This document shows, in pieces, positions 1 to 9,698 of a DNA stretch of 64,000 nucleotides. The translations under genes were made by a program, and so were the position numbers. Source of the DNA: Polyangiales bacterium (GTDB lineage: Bacteria; Myxococcota_A; Polyangia; Polyangiales; Polyangiaceae); assembly GCA_038231275.1 (NCBI GenBank), contig JBBRLQ010000033.1, forward strand, positions 12,377-76,376, written 5' to 3'. The notes beneath the pieces are model-generated. The model ran no database searches and had not been told where the DNA came from. It saw only the letters and a list, made by a program, of their open reading frames with translations. The stretch's first letter is position 1. Each line of letters opens with the position of its first letter.

Positions 1-1
1 G

Positions 2-1621
2 CGCGCCGCCGCTGCGCCGCTTCGAACGGCGTCGCTCTGCGCGAGCTGCCACAAAGCGTTCTTGAGCGAGGGGAGCGGCAACGATCACTTCATGGTCGGC
101 CAGGACGACGCCACGCCGTGGGCGCGCTCCGCGTACGCCGGAAGCCTCGCCGAGCGCGTCGACGCGAAGGTCGCGCAGAAGGAGTGCCGCACCTGCCACA
201 TGCCCCTCGAGGAAGCGAACGATCCGGCGGCGAAGGAAGGCAAGGTCGCGTCCCACCGCTTCACGGGCGCGCACACATGGCTCGCGCAAATGCGCGGCGA
301 TCGCGAGCAGCGGCGGCGCGTCGAGGCGCAGCTCGCGAGCGCGGTGACGCTCGACGTCGCGGCGGTGGTCCCGGACGGCGGCGCGCGCGTGCTCCCTGCG
401 GAGGACGCCACGCTGACGCCGGGGGGACGCGCGATCGTCGAGATCGTGGTGCGCAACGTCGGCGCCGGGCATCGCTTTCCGGGCGGCGTGCTCGACGCGC
501 AGGACACGTGGCTCGAGGTGAGCATCGAGGACGCGCGCGGCCAGCGGATCGCGGAGGCGGGATCTCGCCACGAAGCGACGGGGAACGATCCGACCGCCCA
601 CGTCTTCACCGCGGCGGTCGGCGGCGCGGACGGCAAGCCGCTCCTCGCCCGAGAGACACACCTCTTCGAGGCCGGCGTCTACGATCACACGATCGCGCCG
701 CGCGACGCCGATGTGGCGCGCTTCGCCTTCGACGTCCCGCGCGGCGTGCCGAATGGACCGCTGCGCGTGGTGGCGCGCCTTCGTCATCGCACGCGACGAC
801 TCGCCCTTCAACGTGTCGCCTGCGACGACGCGCGCAGCCCGCGAGGTCGCGCGTTCGGGCAAGAGGGGCTGCGCCACGTCGCCCGTTCGATCGATCCATG
901 CCCGCCGCAGCCGGTCTCCGAGATCGCGCGCGCCGAGGCGCTCCTTGGTGTCGGAGCACCGGCGAACGGCGAGCGGCTCGGCGCGGACGACGCGCGCACG
1001 TTCCAGCGCGCGTTCGATCACGGCCTCGCGATGCTGCACGAGGTCGGCGAGCGCCAAGGCGAGGCGCGGCCAAGCCTCGAGCGAGCCCTCATGCACGCGA
1101 CGAACGATCGCGAGCGCGCGATGGCGCTGGGTGCGCTCGCGCGCCTTGCCGAGGATCAAGGGCGCACGGACGAGGCCGCGGATCTCGTGGGCAAGGCGAG
1201 CGCGTTCGCCCCCGCGCATCCCGCGCTCGCGCGCCTCCGTGGCGAAACGATGGCGACCGTGTGGCGATGGAGTGACGCCGCGCCATTTCTGCAGGAAGCG
1301 TCGGTCGGCGCGCCGAAGGACGATGCCGTGTGGGCCCGCCTCGCGGTCCTTTGGGGCGGCGCGGGACGCGAGAGGGACGCGCTCGACGCCGCGCAGCGTG
1401 GGCTCCTCCTGCAGCCGCGCGACGCCGACATGCTGCGCGTTCAGGCGCTCTCGCTCCGCGCGCTCGGCGCCGCGACCGAAGCAACGTCCCGTGCCGACGA
1501 CGCTTTCCTCGCGCACCGCGTCCCCGACGTCGCGTCGCGCGTCCGCTCGCGCTGCACGCAAGACGTTCCCGGATGCGCGCTCGAGCGTCTGCCGGTCCAC
1601 GTCCACGAGATGCGGCGCTGA
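2..1621 (+). CDS. Multiheme cytochrome c family protein with C-terminal TPR-like region (5'-truncated by window edge)
   Basis: Frame is open from base 2. CxxCH motifs CASCH (38-52) and CRTCH (185-199); GHRFPGG motif; Ala-rich helical repeats at the C-terminus. Confidence 0.75.
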   Translation, partial: RAAAAPLRTASLCASCHKAFLSEGSGNDHFMVGQDDATPWARSAYAGSLAERVDAKVAQKECRTCHMPLEEANDPAAKEGKVASHRFTGAHTWLAQMRGDREQRRRVEAQLASAVTLDVAAVVPDGGARVLPAEDATLTPGGRAIVEIVVRNVGAGHRFPGGVLDAQDTWLEVSIEDARGQRIAEAGSRHEATGNDPTAHVFTAAVGGADGKPLLARETHLFEAGVYDHTIAPRDADVARFAFDVPRGVPNGPLRVVARLRHRTRRLALQRVACDDARSPRGRAFGQEGLRHVARSIDPCPPQPVSEIARAEALLGVGAPANGERLGADDARTFQRAFDHGLAMLHEVGERQGEARPSLERALMHATNDRERAMALGALARLAEDQGRTDEAADLVGKASAFAPAHPALARLRGETMATVWRWSDAAPFLQEASVGAPKDDAVWARLAVLWGGAGRERDALDAAQRGLLLQPRDADMLRVQALSLRALGAATEATSRADDAFLAHRVPDVASRVRSRCTQDVPGCALERLPVHVHEMRR

Positions 1622-1654
1622 GAACTTGCTATAGCGTCGTCGAGAGGTCGCCCC

Positions 1655-2341
1655 ATGGCTCGAATCCTGGTGATCGAAGACGAACCCGATCTCCGTGAGG
1701 TGCTCGCCTACAACCTCACGAACGCCGGCCATCAGGTGCGCCTGGTCGCGCGCGGGCGTGAAGGGCTCGCGGTGGCGAAGGCAGAAAAGCCCGAGGTCAT
1801 CCTCCTCGATCTCATGCTCCCGGACATGGGCGGCATGGACGTGTGTCGCGCCCTCAAGGCCGATCCGCAGACGCGCGCGCTCCACGTGATCATGGTCACC
1901 GCCAAGGGCGAGGAGATCGATCGCGTCGTCGGCTTCGAGCTCGGCGTCGACGATTACGTGGTCAAGCCGTTCAGCGTTCGCGAGTTGCTCCTCCGCATCC
2001 AGGTCGTCCTCCGCCGCAAGGACCAGGGGACGGAGGACGCGCCGGTCGTGCAGATCGAGGGGCTCAAGATCGATCTCGGCGCCCACCGCGCGTGGGTGGA
2101 CGGAAGCGAAATCACGCTGACCGCCCTGGAATTCAAGCTCCTCGTGACCCTCTGCGATCGTCGCGGCCGCGTGCAGACGCGCGAGCGGCTCTTGTCGGAC
2201 GTGTGGGGCATCGACGCGGACGTCACGTCGCGCACGGTCGACACGCACGTGAAGCGCGTGCGCGAAAAGCTCGGCGCCATCGGGGAGCGCATCGAGACGG
2301 TGCGCGGCGTCGGCTACCGCTTCTCCGACGAAGTGGCCTGA
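1655..2341 (+). CDS. phoB: PhoB-like OmpR-family response regulator (copy 1)
   Basis: Receiver domain ([19 protein letters not shown]) plus winged helix ([17 protein letters not shown]); adjacent to phoR and pst genes. Confidence 0.85.
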   Translation: MARILVIEDEPDLREVLAYNLTNAGHQVRLVARGREGLAVAKAEKPEVILLDLMLPDMGGMDVCRALKADPQTRALHVIMVTAKGEEIDRVVGFELGVDDYVVKPFSVRELLLRIQVVLRRKDQGTEDAPVVQIEGLKIDLGAHRAWVDGSEITLTALEFKLLVTLCDRRGRVQTRERLLSDVWGIDADVTSRTVDTHVKRVREKLGAIGERIETVRGVGYRFSDEVA

Positions 2342-4164
2342 TGAAGCTGCGCTTCGGGGTCAGGCTCAAGCTCTTCTTGGTGACGCTCGCGCTGATCGCG
2401 GTGTCGGTCGTCGTTGCCGACGCGTACCTCACGCGATCGACGGCGGAGCAGGTGACGCAGACGGTGCGCGACGATTTGTTCGTCCGCGCGGCGCTCGTCG
2501 CGCGCGAGGCGGCGATGAAGGGCGCGGCGAAGACCGACCTCGCGGCGTGGGACGCGCTCGCCGACGGCCTCGGTCAGGCGGCGGCGGCGCGCGTGACGCT
2601 CATCGCGAAGGACGGCACGGTCCTGGGGGACTCCGAGGTGTCGCTCGCCGATCTGCCGGCGGTCGAGAACCACGCGGGGCGCCCCGAAGTGGCGAGCGCG
2701 CTCGGCGGCGATCGCGGGGACACCGCGCGCATGAGCGCGACCGTTCAACGTCAAATGATGTACGTCGCCGTGCCGGTCACCGGCGGCTCTGCGGTGGCGG
2801 TCGCGCGCGTCGCCACGCCGCTCGGTGTCGTCGACGCTGCAGTGGCGCAGGCGCGGCGTGCGATCCTCGTCGCGTCGGCGCTGGCCCTCGCGCTCGCGGT
2901 GCTCCTCTCGAGCCTCGTCGCCGAGCGCATGTCGCGCGTCGTTCGCGAGCTCACCGCGGTGGCGCGACGGATGACCGCCGGAGATCTCGCCGTCCGCTCG
3001 CACGTCCGCGGCACCGACGAGGTCGGAAAGCTCGCGTTCGCGCTCGATCAGCTGGCCGGCAGCCTCTCGACGACGCTCGCCGAGCTCAAGGGCGAGCGCG
3101 ATCTCCAGGGCCGAATCCTCGAGGGAATGCAGGAGGGCGTGCTCGTCGTCGATCGTGAGGGGCGCGTCGCGCTCGTGAACGGCGCGCTCCGCGCGATGAT
3201 CCTCCTCGGCCCCGACGCGCACGGCCGCCTCTTGCTCGAGGCCATCCGCCACGCCGAGCTCGAGGATCTCCTCGCGCGCGCGACGGCGGCGGGCGGCACG
3301 ACGCAAGGCGAGCTCGATCTGCCGGGCCTCAAGCCGCGACGCCTCCTCGTGCACGCGACCTCACTCGCGGGCGAGGCGGGCGGTCTCCTGGCCGTCTTCG
3401 TCGACGTGACCGATCTCCGTCGCCTCGAGTCGCTGCGCCGGGATTTCGTGGCGAACGTCTCGCACGAGCTGCGCACGCCGGTCACCGCGCTCCTGTCGGC
3501 CACCGAGACGCTCCGAAGCGGCGCGCTCCAGACGCCGGCGGCGGGGCGATTTCTCGACATCGTCGATCGCAACGCGCATCGCCTCCAGGCGCTCATCGAG
3601 GATCTCCTCGAGCTGTCGCGCCTCGACGCGCACCAGTACAAGCTGAAGAAGGAGCCGGTGGATCTGGCGGCGCTCTTCGGGATCGTCCTGGGGCTCTTCC
3701 GCGAGCGCGCGGAGGGCAGAGGTGTCCGCCTCGCGGCGAAGGTCGCGCCAGACCTCACGCCGTTCGAGGGCGATCCGCGCGGGCTCGAGCAGGTGCTCGT
3801 CAACCTCGTCGACAACGCCGTGAAGTACTGCCCGAGCGGCGCGACGGTCTCCATCGGCGCCGAGAACGACGGGGACGGCGGGCTCCGCATCGCCGTGACG
3901 GACACCGGCCCCGGCATCGAGCCGAAGCACTTGCCACGCATCTTCGAGAGGTTTTACCGCGTGGACAAGGGCCGCTCGCGCGACGTCGGCGGGACGGGGC
4001 TCGGCCTGTCGATCGTGAAACACCTCACCGAGGCGATGGACGGCGAGGTCACGGTCGAGAGCGCGCCGGGCAAAGGCTCGACGTTCTTCGTCCGGTTCAA
4101 GGGGCCAACGAGGAGCGAGCCGCCCCCGTCGGTCAGCGGCAAGGCCGCCGCGGCGACGCCATGA
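2341..4164 (+). CDS. phoR: PhoR-like sensor histidine kinase (TM-HAMP-PAS-HisKA-HATPase)
   Basis: ATG overlaps the phoB stop (TGATG). FVANVSHELRTP H-box, NLVDNAVKY, FERFYRVDKGRSR, GGTGLGLSIVKH. Confidence 0.9.
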   Translation: MKLRFGVRLKLFLVTLALIAVSVVVADAYLTRSTAEQVTQTVRDDLFVRAALVAREAAMKGAAKTDLAAWDALADGLGQAAAARVTLIAKDGTVLGDSEVSLADLPAVENHAGRPEVASALGGDRGDTARMSATVQRQMMYVAVPVTGGSAVAVARVATPLGVVDAAVAQARRAILVASALALALAVLLSSLVAERMSRVVRELTAVARRMTAGDLAVRSHVRGTDEVGKLAFALDQLAGSLSTTLAELKGERDLQGRILEGMQEGVLVVDREGRVALVNGALRAMILLGPDAHGRLLLEAIRHAELEDLLARATAAGGTTQGELDLPGLKPRRLLVHATSLAGEAGGLLAVFVDVTDLRRLESLRRDFVANVSHELRTPVTALLSATETLRSGALQTPAAGRFLDIVDRNAHRLQALIEDLLELSRLDAHQYKLKKEPVDLAALFGIVLGLFRERAEGRGVRLAAKVAPDLTPFEGDPRGLEQVLVNLVDNAVKYCPSGATVSIGAENDGDGGLRIAVTDTGPGIEPKHLPRIFERFYRVDKGRSRDVGGTGLGLSIVKHLTEAMDGEVTVESAPGKGSTFFVRFKGPTRSEPPPSVSGKAAAATP

Positions 4165-4189
4165 AGTTGGTTTCTACAATTTGCGGAGG

Positions 4190-4217
4190 GTTCACGGTCG
4201 CGTGCGGCGTGCGTCAC
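4190..4217 (+). promoter_or_regulatory. Possible degenerate Pho box
   Basis: GTTCAC at 4190 and CGTCAC at 4212 (two 11-bp periods apart); the middle unit is a poor match. Confidence 0.35.
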
Positions 4218-4239
4218 CGGGCGGGGGGATCCTCGGCGT

Positions 4240-5442
4240 GTGAACCTCGAGACCTCCCTCACGCTCGCGCCGGCCGCGATCGCGCTGCTCGTGTACCTCA
4301 CCATGCAGGCGCTGTTCGTGTGCGCGTTGTTACGACACCGGGCGCGGCGACGGCCGCCGCGTGAGGCGTGTACGCGCGCGCCCGGCGTCAGCGTACTGAA
4401 GCCGCTGGCGGGCGTGGACGACGAGCTCGAGGCGAACCTCGAGTCGTTCGCGCGCATCGACTACCCGACGTACGAGCTGCTCTTCGGAGTCGCGTCGACG
4501 TCCGACCCCGCGTACGGCGTGGCGACGCGCTTCGTCGCGCGGCACCCCGAGGTACGTGCGCGCGTCATCGTGACGGATCCCGACGCGGCCACCAACCCAA
4601 AGGTCGCGCAGCTCATCGCGCTGGAAGCGCGCGCGGTGGGTGAGGTGGTGGTCATCAGCGACTCGAACGTCCGCGTCCCCCCCGATTACCTCTTCTCGCT
4701 CGTGCGCGAGCTCGAGGAGCCGGGCACTGGCCTCGTCACCAGCGTGATCGCCGGCACCGGCGAGGCGAGCCTCGGCGCGGCGCTCGAGAACTTGCAGCTC
4801 GGCGGGGTCGTGTCGCCCGGGATCGTGTCGTGCCAGACGCTGAGCGGATGGCTCGGGACGCGTCCCCTCACGGTCGGCAAATCGATGGCCATGAGGCGGC
4901 GCGATCTGGTGCGCCTCGGCGGGTTTCGTCCACTGGGAGGCGTCCTCGCCGAGGATCACGTCCTCGGCCGCATGTTCCTCGAAGCCGGGCTCGCGATCCG
5001 CACGTCCCTCGACGCGGTCGAGAACCGCAACGTGCGCGGCGGCCTGGCGCGCACGTTCGAACGGCACACGCGCTGGGCGAAGATGCGCCGCGCGATCTCG
5101 CCGCGCGCGTTCCTTCTCGAGCCACTCCTCTCTCCGCTCGCGGTCGCCGCGATCACGCTCGTCGTCGCGCCGACGCGCATCGCAGCCGCCGCGCTCGCCG
5201 TGACGGCCATTCTCCAGACCGTCGTGGGCTTCGCGGCGACTCGGATCATTCGTGGCCACGCGCTCGCGTGGTACCTCGCGCCGCTCGAAATCGTGCGAAC
5301 GTTCGTGGCGCTCGCGTGCTGGGCCCGCGCGTTCGTGAGCCGACGAATCGCGTGGCGGGGGCACCCCTTCGTGATTGGCCCCGACTCGGTGATTTCGCCC
5401 GCCGAAGGGCCCCGATTTCGCGGCCTGTTCACAAGAACGTAA
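4240..5442 (+). CDS. Ceramide glucosyltransferase / HpnI-like glycosyltransferase (GT21/GT2)
   Basis: N-terminal TM; SVLKPLAG, NPKV, SDSN, LAED and RWAK motifs; C-terminal TMs and IAWRG. Confidence 0.8.
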   Translation: MNLETSLTLAPAAIALLVYLTMQALFVCALLRHRARRRPPREACTRAPGVSVLKPLAGVDDELEANLESFARIDYPTYELLFGVASTSDPAYGVATRFVARHPEVRARVIVTDPDAATNPKVAQLIALEARAVGEVVVISDSNVRVPPDYLFSLVRELEEPGTGLVTSVIAGTGEASLGAALENLQLGGVVSPGIVSCQTLSGWLGTRPLTVGKSMAMRRRDLVRLGGFRPLGGVLAEDHVLGRMFLEAGLAIRTSLDAVENRNVRGGLARTFERHTRWAKMRRAISPRAFLLEPLLSPLAVAAITLVVAPTRIAAAALAVTAILQTVVGFAATRIIRGHALAWYLAPLEIVRTFVALACWARAFVSRRIAWRGHPFVIGPDSVISPAEGPRFRGLFTRT

Positions 5443-5443
5443 C
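5427..5443 (+). promoter_or_regulatory. Pho-box-like direct repeat upstream of the porin
   Basis: GTTCAC (5427) and CGTAAC (5438), 11-bp period. Confidence 0.55.
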
Positions 5444-5470
5444 AATCAGGCATGAAGGTGGCCCCAACCC

Positions 5471-7192
5471 ATGCGCCCCACCCTCCTCCTCCTCCCCGCT
5501 CTCCTGACGTTCCTCGTTCCGGCGGTCGCCGCCGCGCAAGACGCCGCACCTACCGCGCCTGCTGCGCCCGTCGAGCCGGCGCAGCCCGCGCCGCCGGTCC
5601 CGCCGCCTCCTCCCGGTGACGCGCCGGTCGGTCCCGCCGCGCCGTTGCCGCCTGACGATGGCGCCTCGCCGACCGCGCCCGAGGGCGCGACGACGCCGGA
5701 CAGCGCGCTCGCGAAGGACGGGCATCCACTCGCCGGTTACCACGACGGCCTCTTCTACCTTCGTGACCCGAACGACAACTTCCGCCTCCACCTGCAGACG
5801 CGCGCGCAGGTCGACTTCTACTCGTACCTCGGCCCAGGCGTCCCCGACACGACGCTGAAGCCGACCATGTTCCTGCGGCGCATCCGCCCGGAGATCACCG
5901 GCGAGCTGTTCCACAAGTGGTGGTTCATGGTCGGCGGCGATTTCGGCGCGTCCGCGCTCGACAACCCGAAGGGCACCAACGCGGCGAACACCGGCGACCC
6001 GACGAAGGCGCCCGATCCCACGACGGGGCTGCCGCCGCCGACGCCCCGCTACGGATCCGCGCAGACCGCGCGCGTCTCGGCGGCCGCCGCCGACGTGTTC
6101 CTCAACTACCGCCCGGCGTCGATCGTGAACATCCAGGTCGGCCAGTTCGACGCGCCGTTCATGCTCGAGAACCGAACGAGCGACAAATACCTCCAGTTCA
6201 TGGAGCGCTCGCTGGCGGTGCGCGCGGTCGGCATCCCGACGAACAAAGAGATCGGCGCGATGGTGTGGGGCGAGACGCAAAGCCGCGTCCTCTTCTACTC
6301 GGTCGGCCTCTTCAACGGCGAGGGCCAGAACCGCCTCGCCGCCGACAGCCGCCCCGAAGTGATGGCGCGCGTCTTCGCGCACCCGCTCGTCACCCTGATC
6401 AACGATCCCGTCCTGAAGGACATCCAGATCGGCGGCAGCTTCCGCTACACGGCGAAGGACAAAAAATACATCGAGTACGACTACCCGGGCCTCACGACGC
6501 AGGGCAATTACGCCTTCTGGAGCCCGGTCTACAAGGGCGCCGCGGGGTACACGCACATCATCCCGAGCGGCGATCAGCTCGGCCTCGCCGCGGAGCTCCG
6601 CGTGCCGGTGTCGATGTTCGATCTGACCGGCGAGCTCGTCTACATCAAGAACAACACGCGCGAGGCCATCGAGGGCTACGAGACCACGAACACCGAGCGC
6701 ATGGGCGACATGTCCGGGATATCGTACTACCTCCAGCTCGGGTTCTGGCCGATCGGCACGCGCGACATCAACGGCGCGCCGGGCTACGAGAACATGCCGC
6801 ACGTCGACTTCAAGAAGCCGGTCGTCACGAAGCCGCCGCGCGCGCTGCAGCTCCTCGCCAAATGGGAGCAGCTCGCGCTCACGTACTCGAGCGCCAGCCG
6901 AGCGGGCATCGCCGACGCCAAGAACATCGATGGCGACATCAAGGTCAACGCGTTCAGCCTCGGCGCCAATTACTGGATCACGAAGCACATCCGCCTCTCG
7001 GCGAACTACGTACTCAACATGTTCCCGGACTCGGCACCCACGTCGGTGACCGCCCAGGGCGGGCCGGTTCAGACAGGGACGAACCGCGCGATCGCGCCAG
7101 GCAACACGCTGTCGAAGGGCGTCAACGACACCGCGCGCGACACGGCGCACGAGGTCCACGAGCTCCTCTTCCGCGTTGCGGTCGCGCTGTAG
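5471..7192 (+). CDS. Phosphate-selective porin, OprO/OprP family
   Basis: Signal peptide, Pro-rich linker, FLRRIRP and GQFDAPFMLE..TSDKYLQFMERS motifs, beta-strand pattern; pho context. Confidence 0.8.
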   Translation: MRPTLLLLPALLTFLVPAVAAAQDAAPTAPAAPVEPAQPAPPVPPPPPGDAPVGPAAPLPPDDGASPTAPEGATTPDSALAKDGHPLAGYHDGLFYLRDPNDNFRLHLQTRAQVDFYSYLGPGVPDTTLKPTMFLRRIRPEITGELFHKWWFMVGGDFGASALDNPKGTNAANTGDPTKAPDPTTGLPPPTPRYGSAQTARVSAAAADVFLNYRPASIVNIQVGQFDAPFMLENRTSDKYLQFMERSLAVRAVGIPTNKEIGAMVWGETQSRVLFYSVGLFNGEGQNRLAADSRPEVMARVFAHPLVTLINDPVLKDIQIGGSFRYTAKDKKYIEYDYPGLTTQGNYAFWSPVYKGAAGYTHIIPSGDQLGLAAELRVPVSMFDLTGELVYIKNNTREAIEGYETTNTERMGDMSGISYYLQLGFWPIGTRDINGAPGYENMPHVDFKKPVVTKPPRALQLLAKWEQLALTYSSASRAGIADAKNIDGDIKVNAFSLGANYWITKHIRLSANYVLNMFPDSAPTSVTAQGGPVQTGTNRAIAPGNTLSKGVNDTARDTAHEVHELLFRVAVAL

Positions 7193-7254
7193 GGTCACGC
7201 CACTTCGCGGAACGCCGGCGAGGTGATCGGCGTGCGACTCGCGGCGTGAGCGCA

Positions 7255-7282
7255 GTTCACCGAAGCGTCACGATCGCGCCAT
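7255..7282 (+). promoter_or_regulatory. Pho box, three 11-bp-spaced units
   Basis: GTTCAC (7255), CGTCAC (7266) and CGCCAT (7277) upstream of the phoB2-pst operon. Confidence 0.65.
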
Positions 7283-7316
7283 CGTGCCTCCGCACGCCGC
7301 TCCTACGAATAGCGGC

Positions 7317-8003
7317 ATGGCGCGAGTGCTCGTGGTCGAGGACGAGGCGGATCTCCGTGACATCCTCGAATACAACCTGACGGAGGCCGGTCACAAGGTA
7401 GCGCTCGCCGCGACCGGCGGCGACGGGCTGCGGCTCGCGCGCGAAGGCCGACCTGACCTCGTCCTTCTCGACTTGATGCTCCCCGACATGGCCGGCACCG
7501 AGGTGTGCCGCGCCATCAAGGCGGACGCGGCGATGCGAACGACCCGCGTGATGATCGTCACCGCGAAGGGCGAAGAGATCGATCGCGTCGTGGGCTTCGA
7601 GCTCGGCGCCGACGACTACGTGGTGAAGCCCTTCAGCGTTCGCGAGATGCTCCTCCGCGTCCAAGCCGTCCTTCGCCGCTCCTCCGAGGAGCCCGCGGCG
7701 GGCCGCGCGATCGAGTTCGGCGCGCTCCGCATCGATCGGGAAGCTCACCGCGTCGTCGTCTCCGGCGAGGAGGTCCCGCTCACGACGCTCGAGTTCAAGC
7801 TGCTCGTGACGCTGCTCGAGCGAAAGAACCGCGTGCAAAGCCGCTCGGTCCTCTTGAGCGACGTCTGGGGCATCGATGCCGACATCACGTCGCGCACCGT
7901 CGACACGCACGTCAAACGTCTCCGCGAGAAGCTCGGCGTCGCGGGTCAGTACGTCGAGACCGTGCGCGGCGTCGGCTACCGCTTCAGCGAGAGCCCCTCG
8001 TGA
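7317..8003 (+). CDS. phoB: PhoB-like response regulator (copy 2)
   Basis: Same architecture and long identical stretches with 1655..2341; first gene of the pst operon. Confidence 0.85.
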   Translation: MARVLVVEDEADLRDILEYNLTEAGHKVALAATGGDGLRLAREGRPDLVLLDLMLPDMAGTEVCRAIKADAAMRTTRVMIVTAKGEEIDRVVGFELGADDYVVKPFSVREMLLRVQAVLRRSSEEPAAGRAIEFGALRIDREAHRVVVSGEEVPLTTLEFKLLVTLLERKNRVQSRSVLLSDVWGIDADITSRTVDTHVKRLREKLGVAGQYVETVRGVGYRFSESPS

Positions 8004-8788
8004 GGCTCGCCGCGCTCGCGACGGACGGACCCGGCCCGGTGAAGATGCGGGCGACGGCGCTCACCGTGCGCTACGGCGACAAGGAGGCCGTGAAGGACGT
8101 CACGCTCGACGTCCGCGAGAAGGAGGTCCTCGCCCTCATCGGACCCAGCGGCTGCGGAAAATCGACGTTTCTCCGCACGCTCAACCGCATGAACGACACC
8201 ATCGACGGGGTCGCGGTCACCGGCTCGGTACACCTCGACGGCCAGGACATCTATGCGCCCGGCGTCGACGCGGTGCTCGTGCGCCGGCGCGTCGGGATGG
8301 TCTTCCAGCGCTCGAACCCGTTCCCCAAGACCATCTTCGAGAACGTCGCGTACGGCCTCAAGATCGCGGGAATCACCGAGCGCCCGCTCCTCGAGCAACG
8401 TGTCGAGCGCGCGCTCCGGCAAGCGGCGCTCTGGGAAGAGGTGAAGGATCGCCTCGCCGAGTCGGGCCTGAGCCTCTCGGGCGGCCAGCAGCAGCGTCTG
8501 TGCATCGCGCGCGCGCTCGCCGTCGAGCCGCAGGTCCTCTTGATGGACGAGCCCGCGAGCGCGCTAGACCCGATCGCCACGAGCAAGGTCGAGGACCTCG
8601 TGAGTGAGCTCCGCAGCGAGCTCACCATCGTCATCGTCACGCACAACATGCAGCAAGCGGCGCGCGTGTCGCAGAGGACGGGCTTTTTCTACATGGGGAA
8701 GCTCGTCGAGATCGGCGACACGACGACGCTCTTTACCCGCCCGAAAGAGCGGGCCACCGAGGACTACATCACCGGGAGGTTCGGATGA
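8000..8788 (+). CDS. pstB: Phosphate ABC transporter ATPase
   Basis: [40 protein letters not shown]. The GTG start overlaps the phoB2 stop. Confidence 0.95.
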   Translation: MRLAALATDGPGPVKMRATALTVRYGDKEAVKDVTLDVREKEVLALIGPSGCGKSTFLRTLNRMNDTIDGVAVTGSVHLDGQDIYAPGVDAVLVRRRVGMVFQRSNPFPKTIFENVAYGLKIAGITERPLLEQRVERALRQAALWEEVKDRLAESGLSLSGGQQQRLCIARALAVEPQVLLMDEPASALDPIATSKVEDLVSELRSELTIVIVTHNMQQAARVSQRTGFFYMGKLVEIGDTTTLFTRPKERATEDYITGRFG

Positions 8789-9693
8789 TTTCATTTCGCA
8801 CGCTCGCATTGACCACGGGCTTCGTCTTCGCCGCGATCGGCTGCACGCGCACCGAAACGCAGCAGCAGGGTGCGCCGAGCGGCAGCACCTCCACCACCGG
8901 CGCGCAGCCGACCACCGGCAAGTCGGCGATCTCCATCAAGGGCTCGGACACGATGGTCATCCTCGGCCAGCGCTGGGCCGAGACGTACATGAAGGAGAAC
9001 CCCGGCATCACCGTCCAGGTGACCGGCGGCGGCTCCGGCACCGGCATCGCCGCCCTCATCAACGGCAGCACCGACGTCTGCGAGTCGAGCCGCCCGATGA
9101 AGGACAAGGAGAAGGAAGACCTCAAGGCCAAGCGCAGCGCCGACGCCGTGGAGACGAGGGTCGCCCTCGACGCGCTCGCGATCTACGTCAACGCGAAGAG
9201 CCCGATGCAGGAGATCTCGATCCCGCAGCTCGCGAAGATTTACCTCGGCGAGACGAAGAACTGGAAGGACGTCGGCGGCCCCAACCACGCCATCATCCTC
9301 TACGGCCGCGAGAACAACTCTGGCACCTACGGCTACTTCAAAGAGCACGTCCTCGTGAACAAGGATTTTGCGGCGGCGACGCAGACGCTCGCGGGCACCT
9401 CTGCGGTCGTCAACGCCGTGAAGGGCGACGAGTTCGGCATCGGCTACGGCGGAATCGCCTACCTCGAGGGGATTCGCGCGCTCAAAGTGAAGAAGGACGA
9501 CGCGTCGCCCGCGATCACTCCTTCGCTCGAGACCGCGCAGAACGGCACCTACCCCATCGGGCGCTTCCTCTTCTTCTACACGGCGGGGCAGCCCGAGCCG
9601 ACGACGAAGAAGTTCATCGACTGGGTGGTCGGCGACACTGGGCAGAAGGTCATCGGCGACGTCGGGTATTACCCGCTCCCGAAGGCGAAGTAG
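8785..9693 (+). CDS. pstS: Phosphate-binding lipoprotein
   Basis: Lipobox [26 protein letters not shown]. Confidence 0.92.
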   Translation: MISFRTLALTTGFVFAAIGCTRTETQQQGAPSGSTSTTGAQPTTGKSAISIKGSDTMVILGQRWAETYMKENPGITVQVTGGGSGTGIAALINGSTDVCESSRPMKDKEKEDLKAKRSADAVETRVALDALAIYVNAKSPMQEISIPQLAKIYLGETKNWKDVGGPNHAIILYGRENNSGTYGYFKEHVLVNKDFAAATQTLAGTSAVVNAVKGDEFGIGYGGIAYLEGIRALKVKKDDASPAITPSLETAQNGTYPIGRFLFFYTAGQPEPTTKKFIDWVVGDTGQKVIGDVGYYPLPKAK

Positions 9694-9698
9694 CGGTC

